Source: a virus (Duplodnaviria; Caudoviricetes). From it: a stretch of 64,000 nt of DNA. Each line of letters starts with the position of its first letter. Position 1 is the stretch's first letter. Shown here piece after piece: positions 9,575-18,345 of the stretch. The notes beneath the pieces were generated by a model, which saw nothing but the letters and a program-made list of their open reading frames with translations, searched no databases and was not told the DNA's origin. The translations under genes and the position numbers were made by a program. The DNA lies in IMG/VR virus record IMGVR_UViG_3300011337_000444, positions 6,383 through 70,382 of that record, one strand, 5' to 3'.

Positions 9575-10375
9575 ATGAAAATATCAGAATTAAAACAGCC
9601 TTACCGCAGAATGGCGGAGTATTTGGCAAAGAGTGATGATAAAAATAATTTGTTATCTACCGCTTTCATTTGGGAGAATACAGACGATTTAGTTTGGAGA
9701 AGATTATATTATGGAATTTACTCACCAATTACCGAAGAAATAAAAACCCATTTCCCAGCTGACTTTGATTTTTCTGGGGAAGAGGGTAAAAATGTAAATC
9801 AGAATTTTAGGTATATATCAGATACTATGTTACTGGATGATATATTACCTTTAGTTTTCAATAAAATAGGCAGTTTAAATAGTAGTGAATTCAACGAATG
9901 GTTTAATTCTGACTTTCTTCGTTTTTTGTTTGATAAAAAACATTTTATTGCTAAAAATAATAACGAACTTTACACCCAACTAGCCAAAGAGGGTAGATTT
10001 GGTGAACTACCAGAAACGTGCGAATTTTCCGAGCCTGTTGAGTTGGATGTGTGGGATGATGATAAATCTTTCGATTTACGTAAAATTACAGGTAAATTCA
10101 AAGGTAATTATATGGATATTCATTGTATTGGATGGAAAAACGCCCAACTACCCACCAAAAAAATCGACTTTACGCAGTTCAAATCTGGCGATGTTGTGGA
10201 GGTGGAACTTGTCCACAACGAAACTAAATTAGGTTGGTTTGATTTCACTAATGAAAATCATTTATACATTAGAATACTTAAACGACAAGGTAATCAAACT
10301 TGTAACGGAGGAAGTTGCGCAGGTACTAAAATTATAAACAAAGAAAAAATAAAATCAATAACTAAAATCAAATAG
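9575..10375 (+). CDS. Hypothetical multi-module protein
   Basis: 266 aa; C-terminal half paralogous to 8408..8815. Confidence 0.7.
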   Translation: MKISELKQPYRRMAEYLAKSDDKNNLLSTAFIWENTDDLVWRRLYYGIYSPITEEIKTHFPADFDFSGEEGKNVNQNFRYISDTMLLDDILPLVFNKIGSLNSSEFNEWFNSDFLRFLFDKKHFIAKNNNELYTQLAKEGRFGELPETCEFSEPVELDVWDDDKSFDLRKITGKFKGNYMDIHCIGWKNAQLPTKKIDFTQFKSGDVVEVELVHNETKLGWFDFTNENHLYIRILKRQGNQTCNGGSCAGTKIINKEKIKSITKIK

Positions 10376-10382
10376 TTATTTA

Positions 10383-10390
10383 TACTTTTG
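10383..10390 (+). promoter_or_regulatory. Bacteroidota sigma70 -7 element
   Basis: TACTTTTG, 27 nt upstream of the ATG at 10417. Confidence 0.5.
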
Positions 10391-10416
10391 TATAAAATAC
10401 TTTAAAACAAACTGTT

Positions 10417-10647
10417 ATGCAATTTACTCGTAAACAATTACTTGATTTAGGTTTCCAACCAATAGCGCATTGTCTTTATCTTGATTTAGATTTATCAGGA
10501 AACAACTACATTTACTTTGAAAAAGGTGAGTTAAGCCTATGCCTTAGAGATAGTCAAGAGATGGAAACACAATTCCCTATCAAAAACTACAACTCAATTG
10601 AGGACTTAAAGAAACTAATTGAGATGATTAAGCAAGATGGAATATAA
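10417..10647 (+). CDS. Hypothetical protein
   Basis: 76 aa, AT-rich leader, overlaps the next gene. Confidence 0.65.
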   Translation: MQFTRKQLLDLGFQPIAHCLYLDLDLSGNNYIYFEKGELSLCLRDSQEMETQFPIKNYNSIEDLKKLIEMIKQDGI

Positions 10648-11167
10648 ATCTAACGAAGAATATTTCTTTTCTCTTTGGTTAGATGAACTAAAAGCTAATG
10701 GGTATATCGAACGCTATGAATACGAGCCAGAAGCTATACCCTTATCCTCCAAATTGTGCAGGAATATCGGTAAAAAGGAACAGTTTGTTTTACACCCTCA
10801 CGAATATACTTATGATTTTATGATTAAGTGGGAGCCTAAAGCAATAGGAATATTTGCTACTATTTTTGAAAGCAATGTTAAATCAAACACACCTTTGTAT
10901 TGTGATGCAACACTAACAAGCGCAATTGAAATTAAACCAGAATTTGATTTTAAAAATATGACAAGGGAAGTAATGATAAACATTAAGTGGGTATGGGAAA
11001 AACATAACGTTTATGTCAACCTAGTTAAGCCACCTAGTTTTTTTAAAAAAAGTTTTACGCCTGCACAATTCCTATCGACAAAAACAAAGAAACCAAGAAA
11101 AATTAAATACACACCAATATTAACATTAGAAGAATATGTACAACAAGGGAAGATTAAGAAAGCTTGA
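10637..11167 (+). CDS. PD-(D/E)XK endonuclease, possible Holliday junction resolvase (T7 endonuclease I-like)
   Basis: YEYEPE...HEYTYDF...IEIKP motif order. Confidence 0.6.
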   Translation: MEYKSNEEYFFSLWLDELKANGYIERYEYEPEAIPLSSKLCRNIGKKEQFVLHPHEYTYDFMIKWEPKAIGIFATIFESNVKSNTPLYCDATLTSAIEIKPEFDFKNMTREVMINIKWVWEKHNVYVNLVKPPSFFKKSFTPAQFLSTKTKKPRKIKYTPILTLEEYVQQGKIKKA

Positions 11168-11366
11168 ATGGCAAGTAACTGAAATAATTGATTCACCTTT
11201 TGATGATAAGGATATTAAGATTACATTAGAAAGAGGTATTGAGGATTTAAATATCAAGTACAACAAAAAAGAAGCAAGGATAACAACAGAGTTGCAACCA
11301 TATATAAAAGAAGAAGAAATTAAAGAAGCAATAGCAAAAGGATTTTTGGAATTTAATATTTATTAA
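11136..11366 (+). CDS. Hypothetical protein
   Basis: 76 aa ORF in the operon. Confidence 0.55.
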   Translation: MYNKGRLRKLEWQVTEIIDSPFDDKDIKITLERGIEDLNIKYNKKEARITTELQPYIKEEEIKEAIAKGFLEFNIY

Positions 11367-11367
11367 A

Positions 11368-11595
11368 ATGATATTACATTACATTGAAACAACAAGTGGT
11401 GAATGTTTTTCTGAAATAGATGAAAGGTTTAAATATACTTGGCTAGGAGAAGTAAATAAAATAACTAAACTATCACATGGTAGATTTAGAATTGATACTA
11501 CGCAAAATAATTTTCCAGACGAAGAAACAAAACACACAATAATAATTTATCCTGCAAACATTAAAAGAATATACTACAACCATGGCAACAATTAG
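11368..11595 (+). CDS. Hypothetical protein
   Basis: 75 aa ORF in the operon. Confidence 0.55.
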   Translation: MILHYIETTSGECFSEIDERFKYTWLGEVNKITKLSHGRFRIDTTQNNFPDEETKHTIIIYPANIKRIYYNHGNN

Positions 11596-11821
11596 CAAAC
11601 AAGAAATCTACACAATTAATGTTCCTAAAGAACAATACCATTTAATTAAAACACAAAAGGTACGTAGTGTACCCATAGAAACTAATCACAAGCTATTACA
11701 GATAGTTTCACACGTAAAAGGGAATACACCTACCGAAGCTATAATATGTAAGGTTACACACAAAGCTACGTACAATACACACTTTAAAAAAATGCTAACC
11801 CTAAACTACGTAATTAAATGA
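11582..11821 (+). CDS. Hypothetical protein
   Basis: 79 aa ORF in the operon. Confidence 0.55.
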   Translation: MATISKQEIYTINVPKEQYHLIKTQKVRSVPIETNHKLLQIVSHVKGNTPTEAIICKVTHKATYNTHFKKMLTLNYVIK

Positions 11822-12135
11822 AAGGAGAATTTGCTTTATTTGTAGAGATATGGAAAGAACGCCCTCACTATTCAGAAATATCAGGAGAACCATTAGGTAG
11901 CTTTAACGTAGCTTTCTTTTCACATATACTAAGCAAAGGCGCATATCCCGAAATGAGAATGGATAAACGTAACATTGTCCTTAAAACAATTAAGGAACAC
12001 ATGGAATGGGAAACCGGTAATAGGGAGAAGCTAATGAATAACCCTAAATGGAAAAAAGTATTTGATTTACAAGAAGAATTAAAGCTTTACGCCAATACCA
12101 ACAATAGGGGTACGATTAAAAAGATTAATTCCTAA
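11818..12135 (+). CDS. NinG/HNH-like small nuclease-fold protein
   Basis: FSHILSKGAYPEMRMDKRNI...EH pattern; lacks the usual Zn cysteines. Confidence 0.5.
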   Translation: MKGEFALFVEIWKERPHYSEISGEPLGSFNVAFFSHILSKGAYPEMRMDKRNIVLKTIKEHMEWETGNREKLMNNPKWKKVFDLQEELKLYANTNNRGTIKKINS

Positions 12136-12594
12136 ATCTACCTTATAGGATTTGAATAAGTACGATGCGTATGGAGTGATGTTTCTGTACCCAAATTGTG
12201 TACCGATGTACAATCCATTTTTCTCTATACGCTCGGTTGTTTTTAATGTATCTATTCTAATTATTGATGGTTGCTTAAAAGTATATTGAATATCAGATTT
12301 AAGCAATACACCATCTATATCTTGCACAATTTGTAAGCTTAACAAACTATCACTATAATCCGTTGTAAAACGATTAAACTCGTAAATTAATGTATCGTGT
12401 ATAGTATCACGAATAACCGTAACAGAAGAAGGAAGAATATCTTTTTTAACTACTGTATGGGTAACGTAAACAGTATCAGATTTACCAGGTAAATACTCAA
12501 CCTCTGTTTCTATAATTCTATCTTCACCTTTTAAACAACATTTTAAAAGTATTATACTAAGTAAGATAATGATTATGTTTTTTATATTTTCCAT
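12079..12594 (-). CDS. Putative spanin-like lysis protein
   Basis: N-terminal hydrophobic segment ending LLKCC, DTV/DTI/DTL repeats, amphipathic C-terminal beta strands; last gene of the lysis cassette. Confidence 0.5.
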   Translation of the reverse strand: MENIKNIIIILLSIILLKCCLKGEDRIIETEVEYLPGKSDTVYVTHTVVKKDILPSSVTVIRDTIHDTLIYEFNRFTTDYSDSLLSLQIVQDIDGVLLKSDIQYTFKQPSIIRIDTLKTTERIEKNGLYIGTQFGYRNITPYASYLFKSYKVDLGINLFNRTPIVGIGVKL

Positions 12595-12611
12595 ATTTTT
12601 AAAATTAATAA

Positions 12612-13028
12612 TTATTTATTACATGGTTTACAAATATCAACTCTACAAGTGCATACTAAACCACCATTTGGTAATGATGTTAAATATACTTCTTCATTTA
12701 CTGGATTACCATTTTTAGCGTAACCAACATATTTTCCTGACCATTTGCCATTCTGCTCTATAATTGGGAATACTTTATTAATGAAATATTCAACATCTTT
12801 TTCTTTATATAAAATTTGCCACGTTTTACCAATTAATTCATCTACGCTATAACCAAACATTTCCGCGTGTGCTTCATTAAGATAAATGTATTCTCCTTTT
12901 TCGTTCAAAATTGCAATTCCTTCATGGCTTGTATTGATTGCCATTTTCAGCAATTCGTTTTGCTTAAAAATATTCGATATTTTTTCACTTAGGATTTTAA
13001 TATCTTCAAATTTTTTAAACGTTTCCAT
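12612..13028 (-). CDS. Stand-alone PAS domain protein
   Basis: EGIAILNEKGEYIYLNEAHAEMFGYSVDELIGKTW...WSGKYVGYAKNG...LTSLPNGGLVCTCRVD follows the PAS consensus over the whole domain. Confidence 0.9.
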   Translation of the reverse strand: METFKKFEDIKILSEKISNIFKQNELLKMAINTSHEGIAILNEKGEYIYLNEAHAEMFGYSVDELIGKTWQILYKEKDVEYFINKVFPIIEQNGKWSGKYVGYAKNGNPVNEEVYLTSLPNGGLVCTCRVDICKPCNK

Positions 13029-13029
13029 T

Positions 13030-13356
13030 TTAAAATTTCTTTAATATCCACGAAATTATAAAGCCTACTATTATTTCAATTGCAATTAATAAACCGATTG
13101 CCTTAGACCATTTATTTTTCTGATCATAAATCTCATCTTTAGCTTCTTTCATCTGCCTTGCGCTCCATGTATCAGTCACTTCTTTATGCCACAGTTTTAA
13201 ATCGTGCAAATCTTTTTCCGCTGTTTGTATTTTAACAATTTCACGTTGCAAATCATCAAATTTTTTATCTAAATTTAATTTTAAATTCTCTACGCTAGTT
13301 CTATTTCGCTCCAGCTCATTAAGTATTAATTTCGTAAAGTCGTTTATCTCGTTCAT
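13030..13356 (-). CDS. Coiled-coil protein with one C-terminal transmembrane helix (holin/antiholin-like)
   Basis: Heptad-rich N-terminus and AIGLLIAIEIIVGFIISWIL TM segment; next to the endolysin. Confidence 0.6.
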   Translation of the reverse strand: MNEINDFTKLILNELERNRTSVENLKLNLDKKFDDLQREIVKIQTAEKDLHDLKLWHKEVTDTWSARQMKEAKDEIYDQKNKWSKAIGLLIAIEIIVGFIISWILKKF

Positions 13357-13376
13357 GTTCTTAAATACGTTTATTT

Positions 13377-13832
13377 TTATACAAATAAATATTTATCTAA
13401 TCTTTTTACCCAATCAGGAACAAAAAAGTTTGGACAAGTCTTACCCTTATCAAACTCGTTATGTCCATGTATGTTCTGTAAGGAAATTGTGTATTCATCT
13501 GTTAAGTGAACTAACAATGAAGCTAAAGTTTTTTCTTGTTCAGGCGTATAGTCATATTTCGCATCCCAACCACCTTCTAAACAGATACCGATACTACCTG
13601 TGTTTTTACCTTTACAATGCGCTCCTACCTTATTTAAATCTCTTCCTAAGTGTAGTGAGCCATCAAACTTAATGTAATAGTGATAACCAATCTCATTAAA
13701 CCCTCGTGCCTTATGCCATTGTTCTATATCATACACACTTGTATTCATTGTTGGTCTTGTCATTGCACAATGAATAATAATACTATTCAAAGGTCTTTTT
13801 GCTTTTGGTAGGATTAGATTAGTAATTTCCAT
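13377..13832 (-). CDS. Endolysin, N-acetylmuramoyl-L-alanine amidase (Amidase_2, T7 lysozyme-like)
   Basis: IIIHCA, IGYHYYI, GAHCKGKNTGSIGICLEGG, HGHNE and KTCP Zn-amidase motifs. Confidence 0.93.
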   Translation of the reverse strand: MEITNLILPKAKRPLNSIIIHCAMTRPTMNTSVYDIEQWHKARGFNEIGYHYYIKFDGSLHLGRDLNKVGAHCKGKNTGSIGICLEGGWDAKYDYTPEQEKTLASLLVHLTDEYTISLQNIHGHNEFDKGKTCPNFFVPDWVKRLDKYLFV

Positions 13833-14320
13833 GATTTGATTTTATATTCTCTTTTTAGTTTAACAATTGTTTCATCGTATAAATCCTTTAGCCATTGTGG
13901 TTCCGGTTGTCTTTCTCCTTTTATGTAATCTCTCAATATGAAAAATTGAGCACCAACCCTTACAGCAAAGTATTGAGTAAATGCCCATTTTATACCTGCT
14001 CCTGATTTCAGCTCCAAATATAAGAAAATAATATCATTTTTTTTACCACCGAAACCACAACGTGAAGGGTAGTCATGAAAAAAACTTGAAATGTTACCTT
14101 GGTAGTTATCCTTTACAAATGTTTTAGCATCGAAGCCATGTGTTTCCCAAAACCTACTTTTAAAAATTAGGTTTAGACAATTGTAATAATTAATCCCTAA
14201 CTTGAACTCCATAACCTGTTTTAAAAAGTTTACATAAACAGATTTTTCTGTAAAGAATCTGTAAGGCTTACCAAACAATTGGTCTTTATAAGGTGCGGTA
14301 TATGGCTCAAAGTTTTCCAT
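13814..14320 (-). CDS. DUF1353-like protein
   Basis: GFDA...FFHDY...NDIIF...YFAVR pattern. Confidence 0.5.
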   Translation of the reverse strand: MENFEPYTAPYKDQLFGKPYRFFTEKSVYVNFLKQVMEFKLGINYYNCLNLIFKSRFWETHGFDAKTFVKDNYQGNISSFFHDYPSRCGFGGKKNDIIFLYLELKSGAGIKWAFTQYFAVRVGAQFFILRDYIKGERQPEPQWLKDLYDETIVKLKREYKIKSWKLLI

Positions 14321-14535
14321 TATTCAGTTGGTTTAGAATTTGTTTGACTATCTCCAAAGTAATAATTAATAATCGTTGCAACTAAAGTACCTATTAAAAA
14401 ACCTAGTACTGTATCAACCACTCTATGATTGTCTTTAGGAATAGTTATAAATGTTACACAAAATAAATAAACTACTGAAACAAAGCTGTAAAATATAGCT
14501 AATTTGTTTCTCATATTGTTAAAATTAATTTTCAT
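14320..14535 (-). CDS. Putative holin (two TM helices)
   Basis: Two hydrophobic segments, ending INYYFGDS; heads the lysis cassette. Confidence 0.65.
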   Translation of the reverse strand: MKINFNNMRNKLAIFYSFVSVVYLFCVTFITIPKDNHRVVDTVLGFLIGTLVATIINYYFGDSQTNSKPTE

Positions 14536-14658
14536 TTTTTTATAATATAAGGATAATGTGGATGCTTTACTTTATCTATCTTTTTATCTGCTTTGCATTT
14601 TACAGCAAATAGGTAAAAGAATATTCCAAATAATACAATAAATGCAACCCTTTCAAGA

Positions 14659-15114
14659 TTAGTTTTCTGCATGGTTTACTGTAATTTCTAATTGTGGATA
14701 AGCGTCAAATATAGCTTGGTGTTCGGGTAAAATAGTATTCGCGTAGAAATATAATTTGTCGCCCTCGTCATGCGTTACCATATTTGTAGTTTTTCGGTGC
14801 ATTGCTAAACCCATAGCAATCTCAGGCTCATTCATTGCACCCCATACAACACCGCTTTTATTTTGTATGATTTGAACAGCTTTATCTTCATGCCACCTTG
14901 TTGGCAATTCCTCCACTATCTCCACGTAATCAGTAATATACTGCTCTGTTACCTCATCTTTAACAACATAACCAAAACCTCTCCATACCCATTCATCTAC
15001 ATATCTTTGAGTTACTGTGTCTTGTGGATTATTTACCCTATGTTGTGTAATCCATTCATTATTTAAATGTTGCATTTGCGTTACGTAAACGCTTATTTCT
15101 ATTTTATAAACCAT
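14659..15114 (-). CDS. Hypothetical tail-associated protein
   Basis: 151 aa, downstream of the fibre genes. Confidence 0.6.
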   Translation of the reverse strand: MVYKIEISVYVTQMQHLNNEWITQHRVNNPQDTVTQRYVDEWVWRGFGYVVKDEVTEQYITDYVEIVEELPTRWHEDKAVQIIQNKSGVVWGAMNEPEIAMGLAMHRKTTNMVTHDEGDKLYFYANTILPEHQAIFDAYPQLEITVNHAEN

Positions 15115-15868
15115 ATTTTGACATAAAATAATCGTTAATAGCTATCCTTTCATTATCCGTAACCTTTCTGTTGTAAGCTACGAATTCCATAATTGTTCCG
15201 TTTAATCGTGTTTGGGCATCAGGATTAATTCCGTGTCCTGCACCAAATCGAAGACCATCAATTACACAAGACCTTAAAGGAATACTAGAAGTTAATAAAA
15301 CTCTATTTTCTCTGTATTGGGAATTGGTACTGTCAAATGTAGGGTTCATGAATATAAATCCCGTAGGTAATGTTTGAGTTTTTACAGCAGGAAAAGCAGT
15401 TCCACTGGGGTCTGTTGTAACTAATCTCATTTCATTAGAAAACCAGTATTGAATTATTCTCTTATTATCGCTAGTACTACCAAAATAATAAGGAAAAGTA
15501 CTAGATACAAGCATTCTACCAACAAAAAAAACATCGACCACACCTGTTAAATCACTTGAAAAAGTAGTCGATAAGAATTTAGCGGTACTTGCACCATCAA
15601 AATTTATTCCTCCTTGTCCATTTAACAAACTATCAACCCATAACGGTTGACTTCCTCCATTAGCTTGTGTTAAATGCCTACCATTACCGCTACTATCCCT
15701 CCATTCGCTTACTCTATCTGCTGTTTTAGTTATTGTCGCTAAATCGTTGTTATACCAAACATATGGGTTTGCTAATAAAATAGGATTTACAAATCCCATT
15801 ACTTTATTCCCTCCAATAGTACCTATTTTTGAAGTTCCAAACGTTAATATTTTATTTTCTATTGCCAT
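15104..15868 (-). CDS. Tail protein with a LamG/concanavalin-A-like lectin fold
   Basis: VSEWRDSSGNGRHLTQ, LNGQGGINFDG and LNGTIMEFVAYNR...INDYFMSKYG. Confidence 0.75.
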   Translation of the reverse strand: MAIENKILTFGTSKIGTIGGNKVMGFVNPILLANPYVWYNNDLATITKTADRVSEWRDSSGNGRHLTQANGGSQPLWVDSLLNGQGGINFDGASTAKFLSTTFSSDLTGVVDVFFVGRMLVSSTFPYYFGSTSDNKRIIQYWFSNEMRLVTTDPSGTAFPAVKTQTLPTGFIFMNPTFDSTNSQYRENRVLLTSSIPLRSCVIDGLRFGAGHGINPDAQTRLNGTIMEFVAYNRKVTDNERIAINDYFMSKYGL

Positions 15869-18345
15869 ATTTTTGAAATTGTTACATGAATGTTAATGTT
15901 AGCGCTATTCCAACTACCCGAGGAAATAAATAAATTTTGTCCGCTTGTTGTACTAAAAAAAGTTGTACCCAAAGGTAATTTTACAAGTGCATTTGCACCA
16001 ATTACAACCGCATTTGCAACATTAGTAGCTCCAGCTGTTGTGCCTATGCTAATTGTAACCGCGTTGGCTGTTGTGTTTTGAACTGCAATTGCACTAATTT
16101 CAAACTTAGCTTTAACATTTGCAGAATTTCCGTTTATATCTAATAATGCAAGTTGTTTATTTCCTGTTACTGCGTTTTCTCGAAGTATATTGTAAATTTC
16201 TACTGTTTCAAACTCCTTTACTTCATTATTTACATCTAATCCTAAAATACCCTCTTGAGCAAAACTTAACTCAATTGCAAACCCTCCAGCATTTCCCTTT
16301 AAAAGTTTATTTTCTTGTATTTTTAAATCTATATTCCCACTTCCATTTTCTGCAAATCTTGTTGTTTCTGTTGGAGTTATAGCGGTTGAACTTAAATCAA
16401 CTATTGTTTCATCGTTTACAGCATCATCAACAGCCTCTAAATAACCTGTAAACCTTAAACCTGCTCGTTCAGGTAAAGGTGTTACATCCGTACCATTATA
16501 TATTTCGTGACCTCCTCCTTGTGGTTGTACATTTTGCCACCTTTGATTAGCATTATTCCACGTTAAAACATCATTATTTGCTAACCCCGATACCTGAACT
16601 CTTTGGTCTGAATGCAAATCAGTTCCTTGCTCTGCTCTAACCATAAGTGTACCATTATTGGCAGCGTGTATTACAAATGCTGTAGCTATTTTTAAATTAG
16701 GAGCTGTAGGCTCTGTTGCTGTTAATTGACCAGCAACCGTGGGGCTTAACCATAATACATCACCATCATTATAAGCATTTGTATTTATTTGTCTAATTTT
16801 ACCGTAGCTACAAATTTGACCATCTGCACCTATAGCAATATTTTCTGCTGCAAGACCAATAAATAATCTACCTGCAATAGTGCCATTAGCAATCATTGGA
16901 GCTACTGTAATTCTACCACTTGCACCTAATGTACCAGTAGCATATACAGCAGTGCCCTTGGTAATTATTGAAGCTGTATTATTCCTTACATGAACAAATG
17001 TATCTTGACCCATATAAAGGGTAGTACCATCCATTATTAGTTTAATGGTTTCTTCGTCAGCACTCCAACTTACTTCCCCCTGAGTACCTGTACCACCTCT
17101 TAACTGAACAACATCAGCAATAACATTACCTGTAACATCTACATTGCCAGTACCATTAATATCATTACCATTTAAGTCTAAATTACCTCCTAGTTGTGGT
17201 GTGGTGTCTTGAATAATATTATAATACTCAGTGATTTGTAACCAGTTTGCAGGATATGCAGAAGGAGTATATCCAGCAGCACCAATAGCAGCAATCATCC
17301 TAAATGATGCACCATTAAACATAACACCGTCACCTACTGCATAGGTATAACCATTGTTATAATCTCCTAACCAATTTATATCTGTAATTAAATCTAAAGC
17401 GGTTTGAGTAGCCGTACTTATAGGCTTATTTGCATCACTTGTATTATCTACATTATCTAATCCAACTGTTGTTTTATCTAGTGTTTGAAAAGTCTTATCT
17501 CCTCGGTAATATTGCCCTGTTGTACCTGCTGTAATAGTTGGCTCTTTAGTATCTAAAGCAGTTTGTGTTGCTGATGAAATAGGTTTATTTGCATCACTTG
17601 TATTATCAACATTACCTAATCCAACAGCTGTTTTATCTAGTGTTTGAAAAGTTTTATCTCCTCGGTAATATTGCCCTGTTGTGCCTGCTGTAATAGTTGG
17701 CTCTTTAGTATCTAATCCTATTTTCAACAAGTTAACCGTAGGGTATTTAGTAGTTGAAGTATTAATTACACTATTCTCCTTATTAGCTAACAACTCTCTA
17801 TTCCCTAAATCAGTAACCAATCCAGTTATCTTACTTTGTGGTAATTCAGGAATATCATCAACAGTAATTGTGTAACTACTAGCACTTGTTACTCTACCTT
17901 TAGCATCAACAGTTACAGTTGCTAAATCATACGTTCCTGCTGTTACTCCACTAGCAATTAAACTTAATGTACCTATATTATTTAATGTAGCATCACCGCT
18001 TACTGCTCTCGCAACAGCATTACCCAAAGTATTACCAATAAAAATAAATCCGTTAGGTAAAGTAAATGAACCATCTTTTGCTAATTGTATAATATCGTTA
18101 ACTGTTCTTCCTTGTAAGAAGTTTGCATCCAATCCACTACCATCTCCATCTACCTTACGTAATTCGTTTAGTAATTCTAATGGGAATTGTGTAACCATAC
18201 GCCATTGGGTACTATTACTATCATACGATTTTACCCTTTCGTAAAAAGGTAAATTCATATTGGAAGTATCCTCCCATAAAACTTCTCGGTTATCAGGAGC
18301 GACTACACCCCTAGCTAACGCTATTGCAGGTACATTTATTGCCAT
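15859..18345 (-). CDS. Tail fibre protein
   Basis: SGLDANFLQG, VTVDAKGRVT and GLGNVDNTSDANKPIS fibre repeats; CBM-like WLGDYNNGYTYAVGDGV segment. Confidence 0.85.
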   Translation of the reverse strand: MAINVPAIALARGVVAPDNREVLWEDTSNMNLPFYERVKSYDSNSTQWRMVTQFPLELLNELRKVDGDGSGLDANFLQGRTVNDIIQLAKDGSFTLPNGFIFIGNTLGNAVARAVSGDATLNNIGTLSLIASGVTAGTYDLATVTVDAKGRVTSASSYTITVDDIPELPQSKITGLVTDLGNRELLANKENSVINTSTTKYPTVNLLKIGLDTKEPTITAGTTGQYYRGDKTFQTLDKTAVGLGNVDNTSDANKPISSATQTALDTKEPTITAGTTGQYYRGDKTFQTLDKTTVGLDNVDNTSDANKPISTATQTALDLITDINWLGDYNNGYTYAVGDGVMFNGASFRMIAAIGAAGYTPSAYPANWLQITEYYNIIQDTTPQLGGNLDLNGNDINGTGNVDVTGNVIADVVQLRGGTGTQGEVSWSADEETIKLIMDGTTLYMGQDTFVHVRNNTASIITKGTAVYATGTLGASGRITVAPMIANGTIAGRLFIGLAAENIAIGADGQICSYGKIRQINTNAYNDGDVLWLSPTVAGQLTATEPTAPNLKIATAFVIHAANNGTLMVRAEQGTDLHSDQRVQVSGLANNDVLTWNNANQRWQNVQPQGGGHEIYNGTDVTPLPERAGLRFTGYLEAVDDAVNDETIVDLSSTAITPTETTRFAENGSGNIDLKIQENKLLKGNAGGFAIELSFAQEGILGLDVNNEVKEFETVEIYNILRENAVTGNKQLALLDINGNSANVKAKFEISAIAVQNTTANAVTISIGTTAGATNVANAVVIGANALVKLPLGTTFFSTTSGQNLFISSGSWNSANINIHVTISKIWQ
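17394..17713 (-). repeat. Tandem 159-bp (53-aa) duplication in the tail fibre gene
   Basis: TKEPTITAGTTGQYYRGDKTFQTLDKT...NKPIS.ATQTALD twice; GCTCTTTAGT at 17541 and 17700. Confidence 0.9.

Noticed and set aside
12079-12135. Convergent 57-bp overlap of plus and minus genes as an antisense control system
   Set aside because: Short 3-prime overlaps at block junctions are common in compact phage genomes, and no further signal was found
17394-17713. Diversity-generating retroelement TR/VR pair
   Set aside because: This is an in-frame tandem duplication inside one fibre gene, the differences are not adenine-specific, and there is no reverse transcriptase
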